In this document: positions 1 through 13,972 of the stretch, piece by piece
Numbering within the stretch: position 1 is the stretch's first letter
Layout of the letters: each line of letters opens with the position of its first letter
Assembly: GCF_000150275.1 (NCBI RefSeq)
Contig: NW_002060970.1
Location: 332,197-396,196 of the forward strand
Direction: 5' to 3'
Source: Trichoplax adhaerens
Lineage: Eukaryota > Animalia > Placozoa
DNA length: 64,000 nucleotides
Notes under the pieces: generated by a model
The model's database searches: none
The model's input: only the letters and a program-made list of their open reading frames with translations
What the model was told of the DNA's origin: nothing
Made by a program: the position numbers and the translations under genes

Positions 1-178
1 AGAGACTGCCTAACGCATTTGTAAAATTAATCTTTTATCATAATGATGCACTCTCTATCAAGTTTTACTGCATAAAGACATCGATATAAGCAATTCATCA
101 TNTTCTTGACATCTGTTGAATATATAAAGTTCTTAAAATTCAAATTTGGTAAATAAAGCTGAGAACGTAGTTAGCAAG

Positions 179-3100
179 ATGGAGATGCGACCAGTCGAAG
201 GTCCTGTCCAAGGTAAGGCTAATTTTTATATTTATTAATCGTAGAAAAATTTTCAACATCATTTCTACTTTATACTGAGTGTGATCGGATTGAAGAGTAA
301 ATTGCTTTTCGATGCTTAATGTGCTTTCGTAATTTTTCTTGCTTCGATTTTTCCTGTATAATAACCTATCATGCCTTAGATCCGGAAAAACAACCTGAAA
401 AATCTGAAAAGAAAGAGTTAGATGATGCTTTATCCAGTGAAATAGAAGATGTTAAAAACGATCAAAATCAAATTTATTGGGGCAACTGGTTTGAATTTAT
501 TTTGTCATGTGTTGGATACGCTGTCGGCTACAGCAATGTACTTCGTTTTCCTTATATCTGCTACAAGCATGGAGGAGGTAAAATCATTTCTAGACGTTAC
601 TACCTGCTTGATATCATATATGATTCTGTTGGCTAGTAAACTTTAGACACCTTATTAATAATCAAGGTGCTTTTATCCAACATTATACTATTTTCTAAAA
701 TAATAAGCCAACTAAACGAAGTGCCAACAATATTGGTAGACATGCCTTGATTAAACTCTTAAACATCTTTCCCATAGCCAATTTTTTTAACGGTTCCTTC
801 CTTAATTTGAAGATACGAATTGATTTGCTAATATCAGTCTTTTTTATTTACTTAATTTATAAAATCATCCTATAGACAGCACTGCAGTACATCGGTAGCG
901 ACTCTGCAATCCTCATTTTCTCCTTCGGTTTATGAATTTTTAATCTTTTTATTTCTATTTATTTGGCGAGAAAATGAAGAGAACATATGCCTTAGTTTCA
1001 CTTCTGAAGTCAGTAGCATAGGCATGCTTATTTCTAAGGATCTATCTGTTATTTCTTCTCGCAGCTACGATCGACTACGTTCAGTAACAACCAGTGGTTC
1101 GCCCTTACTAGGAGAAATAATCTATCGATACATAGTCATGATAATTAATCAATCTTTATCCATTCCAAGCGAACCAGATATATGTTGTATTCATATAGAG
1201 GCACCTATATCCGTAACTAGACAATTTCACAATAGTATATCCAGACTAGGCTTAGTTAAAAGGCGACGTAGGCAGCCTATTGAAAGAATTATTCTTCATT
1301 TGTACTTTATTAATTAGAGTTAATTACTAATGCATTAGTAGCGCATTGACTTTTTTGACTGGGATCAATCGGGCTATATCACGCGTATTTTAATCAAAGC
1401 TTTAAATCTAATATCTTTTGAAGGTAAAGATTTTCAACCATTAGATATCTATGAAATTTAGTGCGCCGGCGAGAACGTGTAGCTAGACCGTCCATTAATA
1501 TTTTAAGTTTTCCCGTTATCGTAATTTTAATTTAAGGAAACCTATACCTAAAATATGTCTATTACCACTACCTGATATTTGATTATATTCTAATCATTTC
1601 CCTAATTGAAACACCTTTTCCTATTCTTGCTATATCGGATAATTTCTCTTACGTAGTCATATTTATTCTTGGATAAAAACAGCAATGAGATGGGACACCA
1701 ATAATGCTATCCTGTCTCACTCTTCTTAATCAAACAAAATAACATACTTAGAGACTTACATTACATCCAATAATAAAGAACTACATTTTTATCCTATTAA
1801 TTTAATTACCACTAGATCAAAGTTCAAAATTTTTTCCATAATTTATTTTTATAAACAATTTAAGTTAGAAGTCTTGCTTAGATTAACAAAAGATGAAGAA
1901 CAATATATCTACTGACGACCGCATTATTAAGCATCAATTCGATAGTATAGTGCAGGTCTTAGAGGGGTGCCTGGATGGGTTACGCTATTTAAGTGCAAAA
2001 TCATTCTTCCGTGTTCTATGAAAGATTCAAATGTTAAAGTAAGGTTCAGTAATAGTGTGGATACTTTTTATCGCAGAATGATTTGAATAGATTGTTCCAT
2101 TGATGATCAATTGACGTTTATAGACGTATGTTCTGTTGACTGTCAATTTGATCTAGTCCTGATCGATTCAATTTTATGCAATGGATATTGATTGGAATAA
2201 ATAAGAAAACTGCCAAATCAAAAATTCGAGAACTTTCAGAACAGTAAAAGCTTAAATTAATCAGTGATCGTTTAGATAGTATTATAAGAATACGCTTATA
2301 AATTAGATTAAGCTCAGTCCTAGAGCTGATTCTGGATTCCAAGGACCAGGATAGAAAAAATACAGCATAGTGAAGACAAGACAAAATGAAAGACTTGCTT
2401 CTTATAATAAATTAAATCACTTGAATAGACTTCTTTGATTTTAGCAATATTAAAAAGTTCATATTAATAGAAGAATCAAACAATTTACACCGTCATATTG
2501 CGTGAATTGGATAGACAACAAGAACACTGCTAGTTATAAAGATAATTATAATAATCTTGATCAGGTTTATATACGCTAATAGTTCTAGAATGATTTCAAG
2601 AAATAGAAGCGAAATTGCTAGTTTATAGTTTAGACTAGTCGGGAGAGCAGTGGTACCTAGCACAGGGTTGCTATTCGATATAATAACGTCGACCCATGCT
2701 GTTTCTTATGAAGGCAAGCAAGCGAACAAAAAACAAACAAGTTTTGAAAAATATAGTGGAAGAGTATTATTGTAATGATAATTCTTCATTGTAATTCTGT
2801 CTTCTATCAATAGTGAAATGCGATCGTTTATTATTGCCACTATCTTCACTGTTAGAAATTATTAAACATCCTCCCTCCTGTCTTATTCATGACATTTGCG
2901 CACAGAATTCTAAGAAGTTCATCATCGCAATAAGTTTATGCAAGCGCTGTAATAATCTAACCAACTAGTCTATGTAGTCTGAAGGAATTTAGTTCCAACG
3001 AAATCAATTACAAAGACAAGACGGATTTTATTAAAAATTAATATTATATCGTTAGAATGAATCACGATATTCTATCTGTATAGTAGTTTTAGAATGATTT

Positions 3101-6100
3101 TGGTTCTATTTGTCGGCATTAACAAGGTTATATGCAATCATAATTCAATTCATAAATGAAAAAACTTGCCTCCAGTAGATATTTAACAAATTCTACCGTG
3201 AAAATCGATCTGCCTAAGATATAGATACTCTTATATTAATTAATAACCAACACCGTAAAATGTAGGAAATCTGTGCACTTACAATATATTAATTTACGTA
3301 GACTATGTACCATGTTGATATACTTGTAATTCTAACATCTACAGGGAAATATTTGATTGTAGTAGCCGCTAGATCAATAAAGTATTCATTCCTACGATAT
3401 GAATACAATTGCTGAATTATCCCTTCGGGTTTAATTTAAGAGTAAGGCATGACCCAGACTCTTTTAAATAGAAGTCTTGCTGTAATTCATTGTTATTATC
3501 TATGGGAACTCTGATAAATTCTTTTGTTATAAAATGCTTCTTCGGAGAATTTACTGGTTGCAATATCAATTACTTAGGTAAAGTAAAACATTATTTATTA
3601 GGTGCGGCATTAAAGCTAATCTAAACAAATTGACCAAATAGATTGGTCAATTTAACTGTTATAGTTATAGTAGGGAGGTACGTATCAAATTAATGTGATT
3701 AGTTTCTAAATATAGAGTAGCTCATCAACAATAATCTAAATAACATTAAACAATTTAAATTTTAGCCGTTTCTTAAGGAAAGTATTAAGAAATGATTTCC
3801 ATACTAAGTGTACACCTCCTTACAGGATAAACCGTCAAAATTTATAAAAATATTGGATTTTCCGAATAAGATAAACATTAGTTATGGGTGATCTGAGGAA
3901 AATTTCTAGATTATTGAAAGAATTTTTTAACAACTTTTAAATGTTCATACATGCTAAAAATCTCTAAGAAGTCAACGAAATGAATCGATTATAATTTAGT
4001 TAGGGATATCATAGATTACCTTATATAATTTACATAATAATTGATGAGTTGATATCCATTTCAGAATGAATGCATTGAAAAAATTATTCAATTCGTGAAC
4101 ATATGTTAGATATATCTCTTGGATATTTGTAAAATTAAAGTATGCATGTTTTGATGAATCAATTAGATTCACATAAAAGTATTTTACTCGAATTTAAGTG
4201 AATTAATAATAAATTTAACATTGAAAGCATTAGATGGATGTTAAAATTCATGACAAGTTTTACGCCCGATTTTCATCAAATTGGCGTAACCCTAACATAA
4301 AGTTAATAACAATTTTAGAATGATAGCATTAGATGAACTTTAAGATATGGTGAATATTCAAATATGCGAAACTTGAAATTTATGACGACTTTACTCCTAA
4401 TCCTTATCAAATTGCAATATTTTCATTCGAAATGGAAATAAACTATTTTAAATAATTGCTTGCATAGTTATTCGTAAAATTACTTATATGGAGGATAGAT
4501 TTAAGGTGTTTCAACTTATAAATTGATCCTAAATCTAAACGATAGCATAAGATTTGAATCAGCTTGACTTTAAACTATTAATCAACGGTAATAATTATTA
4601 AATTTGAATACTGTTCACAACTGAATTAGAATTATTCGCTGCAACTCACGAGGAGGATCTTAGAGAAGTCTGTTAGCCATGATAGATAAAATTACTAACG
4701 TTTCAATAGATACAAAAATTGTTCTCTGTCATTGCTAGTGCAGATTAACTCAACCAGATTATTTGAAATGTTTTTTCCTATGACTATTATAATTTAAATA
4801 TCCTTTCGATTTATTCTGTCTTTAGGCGCATTTATAATCCCATACTTTGTATCTGTCATACTTATTGGTATTCCAACACTTCATATGGAGCTTGCCTTAG
4901 GACAGTATTCAAGAATGGGTCCTGGTACACTATGGAAGAATATATGTCCTATGTTTAAAGGTATGATCAATTTCGTCCCTATTATCCATCTATTATAAAT
5001 TAGCAAACGATTTGTAAATTCCTAAGTAATAATTGATAATCCTGTAAAATTATAGGTAAAGATATTGCACTCTAAATCAGAAATGATAAACACTGAAAGC
5101 ATGAGCTCTTACATTAATCTACGATTCATATCCAAATCGGGAAGTTAAGATTATTGTACTGTGTACTTTAATCTAGTAAACTAGAATTATAAGCTCAAGT
5201 TAGACTGGATACATTTACATAATTAGATCATTTCATAATATATTATATGCATTTGACTCAAGAATGTTAAGGGTTGGTTTGTTAGTCACCTATCTAGTTT
5301 TTATTTATTATAAATGAAATTCTGTATTGCTACCCTGATTTGCAATAGAACTTCTTATGTAACTCGAACTATCACCAATGGAACAAAATTTTTAGTTCTA
5401 CATTTATATCAAAATTGTATAACGTATTTCTCGATATTACAAAAAAATGCATGAAATTAATCCTCTGTAATTATTAATTTGCTCATTTTTACCGTATGTT
5501 CACAGGTCTTGGTTTTGCAATGATTGCCTCTTGTATTGTTATTGTAATCTATTTCCATATCGTTATTGCCTGGTCGCTTTACTACTTTTATAGCAGCTTC
5601 TTTCCTATACTTCCATGGGCAGAATGCAATAACACTTGGAACACTGCTCTCTGCTATGTAGCAGGCACCAATAACACAATTGCTGGTGGCGTTCCAGCTT
5701 CCATTGAATTTTTAAAGTAACTAACTTATTTATTGATTAAGAAGATTTATCTACAGGCTTTTGATTTATGACCTATAGTTCGTTATTCTCTTTAACCCTT
5801 TTACAATATGAAACTATAAGAATGATTCTAGTTTTTTATTTTACTTAATGTTGCCATTTTTGAAGTATTTCTACATAATATGACTAACATTGTAAAATTA
5901 ATAATTCAAGATTTGGCAACGGAAAGTATAATCAACATCAGTTAGTTTTCATATAATACCAATAATAAGGTCGAACTCTTCAACCCAACAATAATTCAAT
6001 TTGGTAACCTAGTTTGATCTTTTATTTGTATTTCTTAGCTATAGGGCATTCAATATTGATGTAAGCGGCTTACTTCATTACGATATTGTTCCACATCTGG

Positions 6101-9100
6101 CAATAACGCTGTTAATTGGCTGGGTTATCACTTACTTTGCTATGTGCATGGGAATTGAATCTTCAGGAAAGGTAGAGCTGATTATCATTTAACAATCCGC
6201 TTAGTATCATTATCAAAAATCGTGATTATGTAACACTTAGAGTAAAAATAGCAGTTTTAAATACGGCACGAATTGTTTAGAAAGATTCACAAAATAGCTC
6301 TTTCATAACGCTAGTATATTATGTTTTAGCAACTTCATCAAGCAACCAAAAACGAGAAAAATACATTATAAACTTCATACTGAATACAACACTAGCAATA
6401 GTTGCTTCATCGCATATCTATAGAACCATCAAAATACAATAAATAAGGCATTCTTATCTAGCCAGAAAACAATAGATAAATAGTGGCATTCCGCTAATAG
6501 GGTATGTTCGGAGTTTATTAATTAAGCGGAATATGAAGTACTAGTTATCAGCGTCTGGCAGGAATAAGATACTTTCGAGGATGCATCGTTGTCATGAAAG
6601 TACATTAATTATTAGAATCGCTTTACATTAGACACGAAAAATCTATCATAACATGTGAAAACAGTAATTAAAATAGAAATGAATTTGAATGCAAAATGAA
6701 ACAGAGGTTATTATAGTTAAAACTCAACTATACTAATTTAATAAATCGTCATGATAACTTGTTTCGTGACAATCATAATAACACTCAGTAAATGGAATAA
6801 TGAAAATTGAACGGCATCATAGCTCACTTTTAGAATTGATTGAAGATGACAGAGATGAGCAGTATTATTCGGATCTGTAGATGATGAAGTAAATTGATGG
6901 CTATAATGATATATTTCAGGTTGTCTACTTCAGTGCAACAGTGCCCTATGTTATGTTAATTGCATTGCTCGTTCGAGCCTTAACATTGCCAGGTGCCGAT
7001 GTTGGTATAAAACAGTTATTCGTTCCCGAATGGAAGAAGTTAGGGACATTATTGGTCAGTATAAAATTATATAAGCCATTCTTTATGTCAATAAACACCG
7101 GTAGTAGTAACTTCTGTAAGAATTTAAAGGATAGCAGTAAAATAGCCCATTCCAATTATTAACCATTGGATTTTATTACTTTTCTGAAATGGATGCTCAC
7201 ACTAGCCATGGGTAGACGCATTAGGGCAGGTCTTATCTGCGATTGGTATAGGTTATGGTGCTATTATCACCTTAGGAAGTTACAATCGTCGTGATAATAA
7301 AGTCCACAGGTATTGCCGATGATTTAAATATTATTTTAATGAATATCAAGCATCATATAATATTATGCGTAAACAATCAGTTAGTAGCAATTGTTAGTGG
7401 TCATTCTCGACAATTCCCAGAACTATTTTTTAAATTATGAATTAGAGCTTATTCAATAATGGGTAACAATACTGTAAAATTTCGAATCACATTATTGAGC
7501 CAAAAAAGAATCTCCTTTAAATTCTTTGATATTCGAGTATTAAAAATTTTTTCTACATTAGTTGACAGATAATACTTTACTAGAAGTAGTAAATACCTTA
7601 AGAACTAAATGATACTATTTTACACGAAATAGGCATCAGTTGACAAATAATTTAAAGCTTTGCTAGAAGCAACAAATACCTCCAAGATAAATTGTGCCAT
7701 TTCAACCATGATATATGAATATCATTAAAACCTTGTTATTGACGCATATGATTGATTGAAATGATATTAAGGTAAATGTTTTAATTAAATTGGACTAATT
7801 TCTTTAATGTTATCTTCTAGAGATGCCGTTTATATCTGCTGTATTACAAGTTGTACAAGTATATTATCAGGTATTATATGTTTCGCTGTACTTGGATATA
7901 TGTCGAAAATTACAGGAACTCCAATTAAATCCCTGGTTCAAGAAGGTATGAAACTATACCATCCACTACCTGATCGATTCAATATAATATACACAGTTCT
8001 ATATACATAAAAATTGAAATTTTCCTTCGTTCTATCGATATGGAGTATGAAAATTCTACTACAATTCCTATATTTAAAACTTTTAACATGATACAAAGTT
8101 CTTCTAAATTCATTAATGCTGAATATGAAAACCTCAAGTCATAACGATCTGTAACTTTTTTCTATAACAGAAATTGTCTTGGCATTTATTGCTTATCCAG
8201 AAGCTATTGCTCAATTGCCTAGCCCTCATTTTTGGGCTATTGCCTTCTTCTTCATGTTACTTTTGCTTGGTATGGATAGCATTGTAAGTCATCTTTGATA
8301 TAATTACCTCTACTGGATATATTGATTAAAATGATCACAAATAACTGGTTTTTAATCTATTATTTGATTTATTAGTACGGTATGGTCGAAGTCATGATCA
8401 CATCCGTCGTACGATTATCCCGGGGTAAACTAGATAATAAGAAACCGTTCGTTATGGCAGGGATTGCAATCGTTCTTTATCTTGTTGGCCTTCTTTTTGC
8501 TACAAGAGTAAGTTAATTTATAATTTATTTATTTTATTTTAATCAAGAAGATAAAGTTTATATTAGTTTCAATTCTGATTCCGACATAGTCCTCATTTCA
8601 GTCATTCGTTTTAATAAATTAGTTCGCCAAGATTTACTCTGTCGTTTCGATCTATTTTTATTTGAAGGCAGGCTTATTTTGGCTTATCGTCGTTGATACT
8701 AATAATTCTGGGCCGATAGTACTTGGGTTAACATTATTTGAAGTACTCGCTGTTTCGCTATGTTACGGTAACTTTCAAAGACTTCTTTTAGTTTGTATCG
8801 TGTTTAGTAATATCATAAAGTACTTTTATCTATTCTATTGCTGTAGTCATCTACAATTCTACAGTAGTCAAGCAATGTTAAGTTCATTGGATCGTGACAT
8901 AGAGTTAAAAAGATGAAAACTTCCTTGGGTTTTAAATATGCAGAGCTACAATTCATTCTTGACTATATTGCAGGTGCTGATCGATTAGCGGATAATGTAG
9001 AAGATATGACTGGAATTAGGCCTAATTACTACTGGATCATAACCTGGAAGTTTATTTGCCCACTCGGTTGTACTGTAAGTATTTTTATGGTTGTTTTAAG

Positions 9101-10414
9101 TTCTATTTGAGTATTTAAATTTAAATCAATCCTACCCTATCCGATAACTAGTTCTGTATCATCAGCGATATTCAGCGTGATTCGATATTCCAATAACAGT
9201 TTCTAATAAAATTGACATCGAATATTGACTTGCTATCCTGAGAAACCTGATCATCATCAACTAATTTCCATTTAAATTTTGTTGATCCCATATGGTGATA
9301 TAATGTCAATGAACTGATGAGGACGATTAGTTCTAATAAAATTGATATAGAATATTAACTTGCTATCTCACAAAATTGAATAATTATCATCAAATACCAT
9401 AATTCCCGTTCAATTTTTATTGATGCAATATGGTGAGCTGATGCCGATGAACTAATAGGAATGAACAGTTCCATTTTGAATTGAAAATATATTTAAAGAG
9501 ATCGTATCCAAAATAATTGAATGCCGATATAAATTTGTGGTGCAGCAGATAAATTTGGATTATTGTAATTCGTGAACGCTCAAATCAAGCCTGATATATC
9601 ATTATATTTATTAAGCCCAGTTGGATATTTATTTTTCAAACCTATTATGAGGCAAATTTGATAATAGTTACCGTACACCATTGGCCATGTTAATAATTAA
9701 AATATATTCCATATTGGCCAGGCATATATCATTACCTGTCAAGATGACAATTCATGTTGCACTGCATCCCATAAAATCAGATAAATGATGTTAATAATTA
9801 ATTAAAGCCTAATTGGTTATTGACGAAAATAATTATAAGCTAAAATTAAATTTTGTCTTTGCAAGTATGTATAGTATTCTGCCAATATAGTCAGCTAAAT
9901 TTTGCTTTTATTTCGTCTCAAGTTCTTATTTATAGCTAGCTTGGCAACGAGAGGTCAAATGCATTACCTATCTAAGGATGTTCCAGCATACGGAATTGGT
10001 ATCGGCGCTCTGATCTCCAGTCTCGTTTTAATATGGATTTTAGTCGGTGCGATCCATCAGATTGTAATCACACCGGGAACATTCAAACAGGTAACTAAGA
10101 AATAATTAATTCAATTAAAGCTGGCGTTGTGAAATAGGGGAAAATAGGATAGCTCAATCATCTTTCCGCTAACGAATTCTGTATACAGCTGATTGCTGTA
10201 TAGTTTACACCTCCAAGGATATTACTAGCTGAGATTTATTGGTCGTCTATATCGATTGATTAGTTTATCTTTTCTTATTCCTTAGCGATTGGTGAAATCT
10301 TTCTCTCCTCGTCAAGGATTTTTGGACCTGCAATTCCAAAATAAGAAGAGCAGAGATCAATCAATGACCAAAGTAGAATTAAATGATCGTCCAACGTCCA
10401 CTTATATTTTTTAA
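179..10414 (+). CDS. SLC6 (sodium:neurotransmitter symporter family) transporter, 14 exons
   Basis: In-frame GT-AG exons: 179-212, 380-577, 4826-4960, 5506-5716, 6039-6171, 6920-7054, 7206-7309, 7821-7945, 8171-8283, 8376-8507, 8668-8767, 8974-9074, 9923-10090, 10286-10414. SLC6 motifs: [88 protein letters not shown]. Confidence 0.93.
9198..9470. repeat. Diverged ~130 bp tandem duplication in SLC6 intron 12
   Basis: TTCTAATAAAATTGA..AGAATATT.ACTTGCTATC begins at 9201 and again at 9331; similarity continues through CATATGGTGA/AATATGGTGA and ATGAACT. Confidence 0.8.
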
Positions 10415-11819
10415 AGTGACTACGAATGACATTAGTCATGTCAACGTTTGAAATATTGCAATACTTTATCATTTGATTTATTTCACCTGCGCTAGAGGAT
10501 TGACATTTTGATATTTTTTCTGCTTGATCATCAGTCTCATTTACTGCATTACTTTGCTTCCACGTAGTTACCCTGTAATATTATAAACGTTTTAGTTTAC
10601 CAATCTGGTCAATTTAAATTTTACTATTTGTATTCTAGGTGTTGAATGATTGATAGTATGGACTTATAAGTAGCATATTCCTATTTTTTAATTACCCTCC
10701 TTGCTTAAATGGCATATTGATTATAATTTAATATTCGGAAATGGTGACCGCTTGCAGTCATAATGGCAATATTCAAGATTGCTGTTGAAGTCAGTTTCTG
10801 TTACGAAGTGTCAATGAGATAATACTAAATACGTGCTAAGTTTAGAACATCTCTCTTTATTATTATGCAATATCTATAGCCTCTAAAAAACTCATTACCT
10901 TCTTTAAATTATTGCTACTATACATAAAATTTGGAAATAGGACCTATTTCTATCTTTGAAACTGTATGCCGTATAGGATACGGATAGCGATAAAGCTATA
11001 GAAGTGTAGATACAGGAAACAGTATGCAGTCTATGATTACCTCGCTTGTGAAATAAAGTTATTAGATTTTAAAACACTGATATATTGTTAACCTATCGTT
11101 GTTACAAGAAAACGCTAATAGCAGTCCATATTGATATATTAGCTTAGAAATGAGAAAGTGCCCATGCTTTAGCCTATTATAATTGAGATTAAATTAATAT
11201 AAGGTCTTGCAATAAGTCCTACCTTTATCCTTACGATATCTAGTTACCCAATGAAGTAAGTCCTCGATGAAGCGGTTAGAACTAGTCTATTACTTAGAAT
11301 TTTACTGTTGAATATCACAGTAGTAGAACTTCCGATTACGCAACCACACACAGCTAGCTCAAAGCCTATCGACTCTTCTCCTTTCCAAAAGAGTAGGCCT
11401 TTTACACATTTTTAAAAGGCTTATTAATAAACATTTTTATCAAATCCCTTTTCCTGTCAAGTCAAGTAAAATATAATAGTTAAACCGAATGGGATCTTGG
11501 ATCTCATTTCTGTTACACAAAATGCGGGTATGCTAGAATTTGATACTTTCTTCATTTTTGGCACCTGCTAATTTATTTGATACCTTGAATCCTTGGCAAA
11601 GCACGATTGCGCTGAAATTTGAATTAAGATCAATTGTATGCCAGCATAACAATTGACACTACAATTAGTGTAATAATAATTAATTATTAACTATAGCGAA
11701 GGATTATAGTCTCTTTAGTGATTTATAGATCTACCTATAAAGTGGAATTAAATCTTGTTATTAAGACCAATTTACAGAGATGGCTGCAGACTCAAATTTT
11801 ACTCTTATTTCGTCTTTAG

Positions 11820-11987
11820 TTCTTATTTTTAGCCAGTATAGCAACTAGAGCTCAAATACTTTATCTTCAAAAACCTGCTCCATCTTATGGAATTGCTATC
11901 GGCGTTATTATCTCCATTCCCATTTCAGGGTCGATCCTAGTGGGTGCTATTCATCAGATAGTTATTACACCAGGAATACTAAAAGAG
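11820..11987 (+). other. Orphan paralogous copy of SLC6 exon 13 (TM11-TM12 region)
   Basis: AG acceptor at 11818-11819, then 168 nt open frame [56 protein letters not shown]. Same length as, and clearly homologous to, exon 9923-10090. The donor position reads TTAAGT instead of GTAAGT. Confidence 0.85.
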
Positions 11988-13578
11988 TTAAGTATATATC
12001 CCGGTAATAGTAATGTACTATGCTATATTAAGATTAGTTAATAATCCAAAGCACATTATGATAACTAATGTACGGTGATGGACATACCAAGTTAAGATTA
12101 GCAGGTACTGTAAGATATCTACAGTGCGGTACAATGTCCTTAGTACTGTGGTCAAATCTACAGTTTACCGATCATGATAATGTGTCTAAGGATTGCTTGA
12201 GTATGCAAATAAAGCTTGCTCTGTCGATAACAACCGTTATAAGAAAATGTACCAATCAAAATGGCTGTGTAGAAAGCTCTATAAAGATTCTATGCTTATT
12301 CAATTTTCGTCAGAGTATTACATCAAATCTAAATTTAAAGGCCCAGTGGCCACCCTTAGCGATATAAAGAATACTATTTTAAAAATCAGTATTCTGCGGA
12401 AATTACTACCATAGAGCTATTCGTTTTACATGAAGAAATCTTGAGGTAAAAAGTACTATAAGAATCTTATACTGATCTATTGAAATGAACCAATAATCAA
12501 AGTCATCTAACAGCAGTATAAATATCCGCGCTGCTCGTTTAAAGGGAGGGTGCGTAGGATTAGTATAAGTAGTAATGTAAGTCTGACAGTCCTAACCATA
12601 AAGGTTCTTCCTAATGATGCTAACATAGCAATTGTGTATTATAGGTAGTGAATTAGTCTCAGCACTTTCAAAATGTCAGTAAAAGCAGTAGCACTATACA
12701 AGTCTATTTGGTAGACTAAATGTACTGGTAACATCAGTTGATAGCCATGACCTTAATCTCGCATATTAGAAATGAGGGGCAATTTTTGTCTATAATATTT
12801 TAACCTACATGTAGACCTCTTAATATGGACTTCATCGCAGCCTAAATAAACATTCGGAACTTTTACGATCTGTAGTCAGTTCAGAATACTTATGACCAAG
12901 ATAGGTAGTGACATGCTATATAAGGATGGAATAAAATTAGTTCAGTTTGCAATTCTAATTATAGTTTGCAAAAACTTACGTTATCATTAACACTTTAAGA
13001 TCTACAGTAATTTCGAATCATCACAGTAATCGTCTGCATGCGGTCGAGCTCACTTGAAAATTTATCTTGCTACTAGTTATTCTCATTTGATTACGATTCA
13101 AGTTTAAACTTTACAGGCTGAAATGATGGAAGGTCTATTTTTTAAAACCTCTCGGATGTCAATGATGATAGCTTTTATTTTATTTTTAACGGTTGGTCTA
13201 AATTCTCAATATTGTCGTAAATTGAGCTCTAATGTAGACTAGATGTGTATTACTGTACTTTGCCTAAATCATGCGTTCACTATTTTCGATGTTCTTTAGT
13301 TATTAGCTATTGTAAAGTAGTATGGCAGTAGTCAATTTCAAATCTTGGTTTTAGTGACGGCATATATTCAATGAAGTTACTGGAGTAATAATTAATATGT
13401 AAGCTAGGCTTCCACTGATGTAATAAATTGTTCAAATTATTCCGTTTCAGTCAAATTTATGCACTTATATAATGGTAAAATTTAAATATCGTGAATTGTT
13501 AGCTAAGCAATCTCTTACCTTTGTCAAAATATTTCACCTTAATTTCGTATTTTCATTAAACGTAAAGGCTTTAGTACA

Positions 13579-13972
13579 AGTCATGGGGGAAGGGTTAGGA
13601 TTTCTATTCTCGCACTTATTAAACTGTACGTAAAGTCGCTGAAAGTTTAATATTTGTAGTTTGATATTCCTAAAACTATTAAATATGCTAGATCAATCAT
13701 CATGTGCAAATATAAAATGTTTTCGTGGCCTTTGCATCGATAACGACAACGTGAGTATTTGCTTGTGCTATCAAGGCAGTCATAGGGGTAGGGTTAGGAT
13801 TTCTATTATTGCACTTGTTAAACTGTATGTAATGTCGCTGAAAGTTTAATAGCATAGTTTGATATTCCTAAAACTATTGAAAATGCTAGATCAATCATGT
13901 GCAAACATGAAGTGTTTCCATGGCCTATGCATTGACAACGACAACGTGAGTATTCGCTTGTGCTATCAAGGC
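13579..13972. repeat. ~198 bp tandem duplication covering an intron end and most of an EGF exon
   Basis: AGTCAT.GGGG.AGGGTTAGGATTTCTATT...TTGTGCTATCAAGGC occurs at 13579-13777 and 13778-13972. Confidence 0.9.

Noticed and set aside
3627-3653. 11 bp intronic hairpin AAATTGACCAA-ataga-TTGGTCAATTT
   Set aside because: Isolated AT-rich inverted repeat with no other copies or flanking element features seen.
9313-9340. CTGATGAG-GAC..GTTC resembling a hammerhead ribozyme core
   Set aside because: The required GAAA after stem II is absent (TAAT), no stems I/III are evident, and the second repeat copy lacks the core.
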